64,000 nt of DNA from assembly GCF_009914755.1 (NCBI RefSeq), contig NC_060927.1; one strand, written 5' to 3'. A program made the position numbers and the translations under genes. Source of the DNA: the human T2T-CHM13v2.0 reference genome, Homo sapiens. Positions within the stretch are counted from its first letter, which is position 1. Every line of letters begins with the position of its first letter. This document shows positions 56,671 to 64,000 of the stretch, in pieces. The notes under the pieces were generated by a model. That model made no database searches, was not told the DNA's origin, and worked only from the letters and a program-made list of their open reading frames with translations.

Positions 56671-57472
56671 TTGATAAATATGTTAATATTAGTCAGATGT
56701 AATCATCTTGGAAAGTACCCAAAGAGATTTTACTGTTTGATTGAAAAAAAGAAAATAAAGTAATACATTTATTACTAGTAATAAATTCAATAAAGCTTGA
56801 ATTACAGTTTTAGTGTTGTGATTTGAAGTAAGTCAGTGAACCTCTTCTTAGAGGCATCTCATTTTCCTCAAATATAAAATAAGAGTGTTGGACTACATTA
56901 TCTAAGGGTGTGTTCTCACTGGTTTCCGTTGCTTTTACTGTCTTATTACCAGATCTATACCATCCGACTGGTCTCCCAACTGGGTAAAAGCTAAGCAGAG
57001 ATCTTAATAACACATTAGTGGAAGGAAAAAAGGTAGCCTCTACCATTCTGACTGTCAATCATCTCCAAGCCTACTGAAATATTCCTGAGTATCAAGTTCA
57101 GTAAAAAACAAATCTAGGACAAAATTGTGGCAGGCAGGTGGGAAGGGCTCCCTGGCAAAACTCCAGCTCACGTGTGCACTGGAAGGAATGCACACTGGAG
57201 TGGAACCACAGAAGTCTGTGCATTTGCAGCTAGGGAGGAGCCTTGACTCTCCTCTTCCTGGGTGGAAACTCAGATTCAAACTGCGAGGTAGGAAGTGAAC
57301 CAGCAGAGATCCTGGCTTTGCAGAGAGTCCCCATTTGTCTTCTTTTCCCTTTTCACCCGATAAAACCCTGCCTTATTTACCCTTCAAATTGTCTGTGAGC
57401 CTACATTTTCATGGCCGTGTGATAAGGACCCCCATCTTTAGCTGAATTAATGAAAAAGTGCTGCAACAATTT

Positions 57473-57490
57473 TGGCACCCAACGTGGGGC
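57473..57490 (+). promoter_or_regulatory. Primer-binding site complementary to tRNA-Lys(CUU; Lys1,2)
   Basis: tggcacccaacgtggggc versus the canonical TGGCGCCCAACGTGGGGC (17/18, one CpG-type change). Confidence 0.9.
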
Positions 57491-60009
57491 TCAAGAAGTG
57501 TTGAGTGAAATGGGGACTCTCACTGTGGTTTCTAAGCCTTTTTATCCTCAGACTTCTGAGCTTACTGGAAACCGCACCTCCTCCTGCATTGTTCCCAGGG
57601 GTCAGGAAAGTTGATCAGCCTTGATCTCCATGGCCTTTTCTTTCCTTTTTCAGGACAGACCAGTGAGCAGTGGCTCCCTCTCTCCTCCCCTCCCTGCCAG
57701 GGTTGTGATCCATAACCCAAGGGCCCCACATCGCTGGTCCCTGCTATGTGCCACAGGAGCTTTGCCCTTCCCCAGCCAAGGGGTTTTACTCCATCAGACA
57801 GTAATTAAGCTTTTGTCCTGGTGGAGGAATCAGTTGCACAAGAATAAGAGATTCTTCCCCAAGCATTTTAAAACTGCTTCTTTTCTTCCCCTTCTCTACC
57901 CCATCAGCAGGTAACTTTTAAAGTTTTGTCTTTTCTTCCTTTTGGAAGACATCTTACTAGCCTAGGAATGATAAAGATCACTGTTTATATTCTCTGTAAT
58001 GTTTTGGTTGTGATAAAGGGTCTTATGGGGACTGGGTTTTCTTCTGTCTATGTAGTTATATGTGTGTGTATGGTGTCTGTAAAAAGAGCTCTAATTAATT
58101 TGACCTAAAGAAAGACAAGCACTTGGATCAAATATTTTTAAACAGAAGATAAAAGCTGTGATACCTTCCAGTTCACGTGACTTTAATCTTTGAGAAATAA
58201 AAACAGTCTTAAAGACTACTGGTAAAATGCAGGTGTCATTAAAGTGTAAATAGGTGAACTAAATTATGCAGGTCACATGCAAGGTTTGCTAAGTGTTTAA
58301 GGTTATAAACTGCTTTTTGGATTTTGAGAACTTTTCAATTTGCCAGTTTCACAATTGGTAAGGCCGGAGGACATTTGGAGCTAACCATGCCCTTAATTAT
58401 GCTGGAAGAAGGCAAATCTTGGCTGCAGATAGCACACAATTAAAACAACTTACCAAGTTTTACATTAAAGTTAAAAATTTCTGGGAGTTACCATTATAAC
58501 CTGTAATTGAGACTACCAGAACTAGATTTACATACAAGTTGTGTAAGAACAATAAAATGTGTTTTGTTTTTTTTTGTTTGTTTGTTTTTTGTAAAAGGTT
58601 ATAAGGAGGCATGGAAATGTAAATTTTTGCCTAGGGTTAAAGGATTGTTTTAAATTAAATAAGATAAAGCTGAAGGTTCAAACAAGTGGTGGAAAGATTG
58701 TGGAAATTAATCTCGCAGAAGAGATTCTCTGTGTGAACATAATGACTAAATTCACAAAAAGGTATTATATGATCATTCTGTGAATTGAGCATTTAAATAA
58801 AAGCACAGAAAGGTTTTCTTAATGCACTAATCTGCTCTTTGGCAAAATTTGTAAAGGGTTATAAAACGTTTTTGCTTCTTTAAATTTCTGAGTCATCACT
58901 TTGGCAAAACAAATAACTTATGATAATCTGGAATTCTATTCCATAATATCAAGTGTTTAAAACTTTGAACATATTTAACAGGCTCCTCAAAATCATACTT
59001 CACTTTCAAAATTGTTTTTCCTAATGCTTGTTTTTTTTTGGATACTTCAGAGGGCCCCTGAAACATCCAGAAAAGAGGTAAACAGGATTATTTGACATGT
59101 TTAGGTACATGGAAATGCCAAAATGATGTTCAATCTTCTTTAAGTTATATTTTGGTAAATAATACTAACATATATTCTAAAATTGTATGGGATTTCTAAA
59201 ATTCTAATGTCTAAGTATATGCTATGAATCAAAATTAAGGTTGCTATGTTGAGTTATTGTAAACCAGGGAGATAATCAAACTTCTTTGATAATTGTGTTT
59301 CTAAGTGTTAACTACCCTAGACATTTTGTTATTTACAGACAATTGTTGTCTTGTTTTAGTCTTTTTCAAAAGATGGTTTATAATAAGCTATAGAACTGTG
59401 ACAGGTGCTCTCAAATACGGGCTTCTGATAACTATGGAGACTGTAATATTGGAATAAAGAAAAATATACAGGACTCATGAAGAGCTGAAATGCTCATGAA
59501 AAGCAGGTATTTTCTAAGAAGAGAAGGGAACCAGGAATACCTGCCTCCCTTTTTCTAGATAGGTGACCATTCTACCTCCAGGTATTTGCTAGGAAGAGAT
59601 GGGAACCAGGAATTACTGCTCCCCTCTTTCTACATGGGTAACCATTCATCTTCAGTCAGTACCCCTTTCAAATGCATCCTGAACCCCTGATACTCCCTTG
59701 AAAAATGTCTTCTTTCTTTTTTCTCCTCCTCTGTTGTCTTTTCACTGATAGGTAATTGTGTCTCTGTACTATGGGATGCTCCCCTCAGATGCATCCTCCA
59801 AACTGGAAAGAGTTAATTTCCCAAACATTAAACTGGTTGGCTTAGGATTGGGCTCAGGAGAAGGGAACCCAGAAACCCACCATGCCGGCAAAAGAGTAAA
59901 GTTTCTTTTTACCAGTTAGGCTTTTGGCATCCGTCTCCCTGTGCAAACTGGTAAAAGGCCTCGGGATTTTTGAGCTCTCTTTACCCCTCCCCTTGTTTCA
60001 TTCTGATAT

Positions 60010-60118
60010 GTGTTTTCTAATATCCCGGTTTGTCTCTTCCTGCCTTCAGGCCATCAAACTCCAAATGGTCACGCAACCGGAGCCTCAGGGGATGGCTCTT
60101 TCTGCTGGGAACCCTTAG
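60010..60118 (+). pseudogene. Class-I ERV env cytoplasmic-tail remnant
   Basis: ISRFVSSCLQAIKLQMVTQPEP resembles gamma-type TM tails (FVSSRI.A.KLQM). It lies just upstream of the PPT. Confidence 0.7.
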
Positions 60119-60591
60119 ATAGGCCTCTGAGGGAGCTCTGACTGCCATTTTTCCAAAACAGCATCCCCTGTCAGCAGGAAGCAGTTAAGATCTGTCTTTA
60201 TCCTTATCCTTAGTCTAACGGCAGTTCAATGTACTTCTTTAAAGAGGGGAGTGAGACACACAGGTGGGAAGGGCTCCCTGGAAAAACTCCAGCCGGCCTG
60301 TGCTGTGGGAAGAATGCACACTGGGGTGGAGCCACAGAAATTTGTGCATTTGCAGCAAGGAGGAGCCTGGCCTCTCCTCTTCCTGAGTGGAATCTGAGAT
60401 TCAAACGGCAAGGTGGAAAGCTTACCAGCAGGGACCCTGGCTTTGCAGAATTTTCCTGTTCCTATTCTTTTCCCTTTTCACCCAATGAAACCCTGCCTTA
60501 CTCACCCTTCAAACTGTCTGTGAGCCTAAATTTTCATGCCCGCATGATAAGGACCTGCCTTTAGCTGAACTAAGGAAAAAGTCCTGCAATG

Positions 60592-63500
60592 GAATGATAT
60601 GGACTCATTTTTCTATTTTTCTCTTTCTAAATACAATTCAACACTGTCAAAAGTCAAAGTTACAACAAATTTAGTTATAGATCGAATTGGCTTTTGTTTG
60701 CAATTCACAAACCAGACAGACTCCATTCTACAAAAAAGAACAAGAGCTCCCACTGGGCAATAGAAAACAGTGGGTTTTGTAAGGTAGGAACTACAATAAA
60801 ATAAAAACCTGGAACAATAGAAAAGTGAAACTGATTGGCTAATAATTACTTCAGGCTACTTTTTTGTAAGGGTTAAAGCAGAGAGGACTTTCTTATTACA
60901 TGGACTCAGGTAGACTGGACTTTTCTGTTTTAAGAAAAAAAAGTCTGTTTTGGATGTATCCATTTCCTTAAAAGTTTCTGTTTGATTAAGTGGCATTTAG
61001 CACGAGTGACCTCATTTTTGTTTAGTCTGGTCTTTTAGGGTCTAGAGCAGGAACTCAGTCCAAAACAATAGTCTCCCATAGTTTTTGTTTAACAAAACTA
61101 TGGAAATAATTCAATAATAATCATAAAAGGACACTGAAAGGTAGAAAGTGGAAGTGTCATAAGGACTTGAAGAAAGACACAGTGGTGGGTTCTCTGGGCT
61201 TTCCTTTTACCTGCCATAAATCTCAGAAAAGGTGCCAGAGAGAGCTACAATGTAGAACTATCAAAAGGAATGGTGGTGGGGGAGAAGAAAACCCTCATTT
61301 TGGGAAAGGGCAAATCTGGCAGACTCAGCAGAGGATCGTGCCCAGTGGTGGCAGTAGCCCAATTTGTCTGATGTAGTACCAAGAGTGGATTGCAACCTGG
61401 CTGACCACCCAATACTCCACAGCCAGAAGCAACAGGCAGATCGCTCCATCCACACTGGTTGTACCAACAGGCCTATTATCTCCCAGGCTTCCACCCAGCC
61501 ACAGAAGGTAATCTAGGCCTGGAGTCCTCCAGCTCTCTAACCAGTGACAGTGCAATATGCATACCCTACCCCTGCTTGTCCTCCACCCAGTGACAGAAGA
61601 TGGCTCAGGTAGATGCTTGCGTCCCTGGATAAAACTAGCAGATGGAGTGAAAAATCCAATAGCACTTAGTGACCAGAGAACAGGCCAGAAGAAACATTCT
61701 CCGTCCTGTGTGTCTGGATACCCCTTATCCTGTCTATCACTGGGCACCCTAGAGAAGCACATTCTGCTCCCAGAAACAGCACCACCAGTGATCCAGCAAG
61801 AGTTCACATAAACCAGAAGGATGATTTTGACCAGAATAGACTTACAAGGACTCAGAAACCTAAATTGTCATTGGGATACAGCCCACAAAAGTAGGCTACT
61901 TACTACGCATTGAACTTAAAGAGGGTGACTGCCTGCTAACATAGAAGATTAGAACAGGATCAAGCATCTCCTAACATAATATGCAAAATCTCAAGGATAC
62001 AACTGAAAAATCACAGGTCATTCCATGAATCAGTGAGATCACAGCTTGAATGATAAAAGAATCAACTGACACCACTACTGAAATGGATTAGATACTAGAA
62101 CTGTCTGATAAAGATGTCAAAGCAACTTTAACATTATCATCAATTCCCTTGCAACAAATGAAAAATAGAAAACCCATCAAAAAACGTAAATTAAAGAAAA
62201 GAACCAGGCAAGAAATATGTGACTGAAAAATACAATAACAATTTTTTTAAAGTTGCTATATACACTCAATTGTAGAGAAGACAAAAGATAGAATCAATGT
62301 ACTTGAGAAAAAAAATTTACTCAATTTGAACAAACAAAAAGAAAATAAGGTAAAAAGAAAATGAACAGAATATCAGGACCTGTGAGACAAAAACAAAGGC
62401 AAAAATCTAGTATTTATATCATTTGAGTCTCAGAAGTAGAAGAGAAAATGTGGGACTAATAGACTACACAAAAAATATTAGCTGCAATCTCTATAAATTG
62501 CGTGAAAGGCAATCCTGCAAATTCAAGAAGCTGAGTGAAATCTGAGTAGGATAAACACAAATAAATCCCTTCCAAGACATATTATAATTAAACTTTTGAA
62601 AAGTAAAATAAAAGGAAAAGTCTTAAAAGCTACCAGATAGAAATAATGTATAACCTTTAGAAGAACACTGACTCCAATGACAGTGTATTTCTCATCTGAA
62701 ACCTTGGAGGCCAGAGAAATTGGCATAATGTTTTTCAAGGGGTGAAAGGAAAAAAATGTCAACCACAAATTCTATATCTAAAAAATCTTTCCTTTAGCCA
62801 TATAAAGGAAATAAAGACATTCTCAGACAAATAAGAGCCGAGAGAATTTGTCACTAGCAGACCTACCTTTAAAGAATGGCTATAGGAAGCTCTTTAAACA
62901 GAAAAGAAGTGATAACAGAAGAATGCTTGGAACTACAGAATGAAAAGAAGAATAACAGAATAAGTAACAATAGGGATAAATATATTATACTCTCCTTTCT
63001 CTCATGAGTTTCTAAAATAATAATTGATGGTTCAAGCAAAAATTAAAATACAATATGTTATACTGTATAAATATGTGGTATGCAAGCCTGTTAACAGAAA
63101 TATTGGAAAAAAATATATTTTGGTGGTGGAGGCTAAAGGAACCTAAGTGGAAGTAAAATTTTAATAGTGACTCAATAAAACATTAATGCAAGTAGGCTGT
63201 ATTAAGTTATACATTTTATACTACATAGGGCAACCACTATGAAAAATTTGCAAAATGATATACTAAAAACAAGGTAAAAAAATGAAATCCTACCAAAAGA
63301 AATGAATAACCCACATGTATATAAAAAAAGAGAAACAGAAACAGGAAACAGAGAAAATAAGTGAAAATAAATAAAACAGCAGCCTTAAACCCTAACATTT
63401 CAATCATTACTTTAAATATGAATTACTTATACACCAGTTAAAAAAGATTGGCACAAGGGATTAAAAAAAAAATGATCCAACTTTATACTGCCTACAAGAA

Positions 63501-64000
63501 ACTCACTTTGAACATAAGGACATAGGTAGTATAAAATGAGAAGGATGCAAAATGCTATATTATGTTAACATTAATCAAAAACAAGCAGAAATATTTATAA
63601 AAAATCAATGAAATTAAAAGCTAGTTATTTTAAAAATTAGAAAAATTGATAAACCTCTATCATGACTGACAAGACAAAAAGAGAGCACACACAAATCATG
63701 CATAATGAATGAAACAGGATCTATTACTATAGATCCTGTACCCATAAAAGGATAATAGTGGAAAACAGCAAACAACTTTACATTCCAAAGTTAAAAGAAA
63801 TAAAAGAAATAGACCGATTGCCTGAAAAACCACAGACTGTACTTTCTGAGGGTAAAATTACTGACCTGAATCATCTTATAACCATGCATTTAATTTTATA
63901 ATGTAAAAGTTCCCTCCAAATAAATCTTGAGGCCTAGATGGCTTCCCTGGAGAAGTTTACGAAGCTCTGAAGAGGAATTAACACCAATTTTATAAAATAT
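60592..64000 (+). mobile_element. Old L1 (L1M4: L1MC/L1MD) 5'UTR, ORF1 and start of ORF2, running off the window
   Basis: ORF1 DNA (attcaagaagctgagtgaa; ttctcatctgaaaccttggaggccaga; cactagcagacctacctt) and EN start (tactgcctacaagaaactcacttt). Confidence 0.8.
60645..61094 (-). mobile_element. MER67/MER65-like ERV1 solo LTR
   Basis: Ends gcaggaactcagtccaaaacaatagtctcccatagtttttgtttaaca, with TSD acac/aaac. Confidence 0.7.

Larger units (their letters stand above)
57126..60591 (+). mobile_element. MER61-type (MER4-group ERV1) non-autonomous provirus with both LTRs
   Basis: 5' LTR at 57126-57468, PBS at 57473-57490, non-coding AT-rich internal region, env-tail remnant, PPT aaagaggggag at 60241-60251, 3' LTR at 60252-60591. 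Flanks are aaat/gaat. Confidence 0.88.

Noticed and set aside
61325-61807. Longest ORF in the window (160 aa, minus strand)
   Set aside because: It lies antisense in the GC-richer 5'UTR of an old L1 and has no recognisable domain, so a chance open frame is likely.

Overview
This window is AT-rich catarrhine genomic DNA, probably human or another ape, judged from the AluY, L1PA3/4-type and LTR7 copies. I recognise no protein-coding gene, structural RNA gene or CRISPR array. Roughly two-thirds of it is transposable-element debris: 11 Alus, about 10 L1/HAL1 pieces (mostly + strand), L2 and MIR relics, DNA-transposon MITEs (MER2, Tigger3a, MER63A, MADE1, MER30, MER53, MER58A) and about 20 LTR elements. 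The LTR elements include two proviral remnants that keep both LTRs: a deleted MLT2B/ERV-L at 7785-13516 (-) and a MER61-type element with a tRNA-Lys PBS at 57126-60591 (+). Solo LTR7 and MLT2A1 copies are also present. Every supplied ORF I can assign comes from repeats or low-complexity DNA. The most interesting observations are: two short insertions copied from donors 1.0-1.2 kb away; an ERV-L deletion that fuses the gag N-terminus in frame to the dUTPase; a young 51-bp VNTR inside an ancient L1 5'UTR; an AluY with an A41 tail and no TSD; an unassigned ~1.2-kb island; and two candidate exons. I found no convincing new biological system. Repeat subfamily names come from recalled consensus sequences and need RepeatMasker/Dfam confirmation. 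Boundaries of old elements are approximate.
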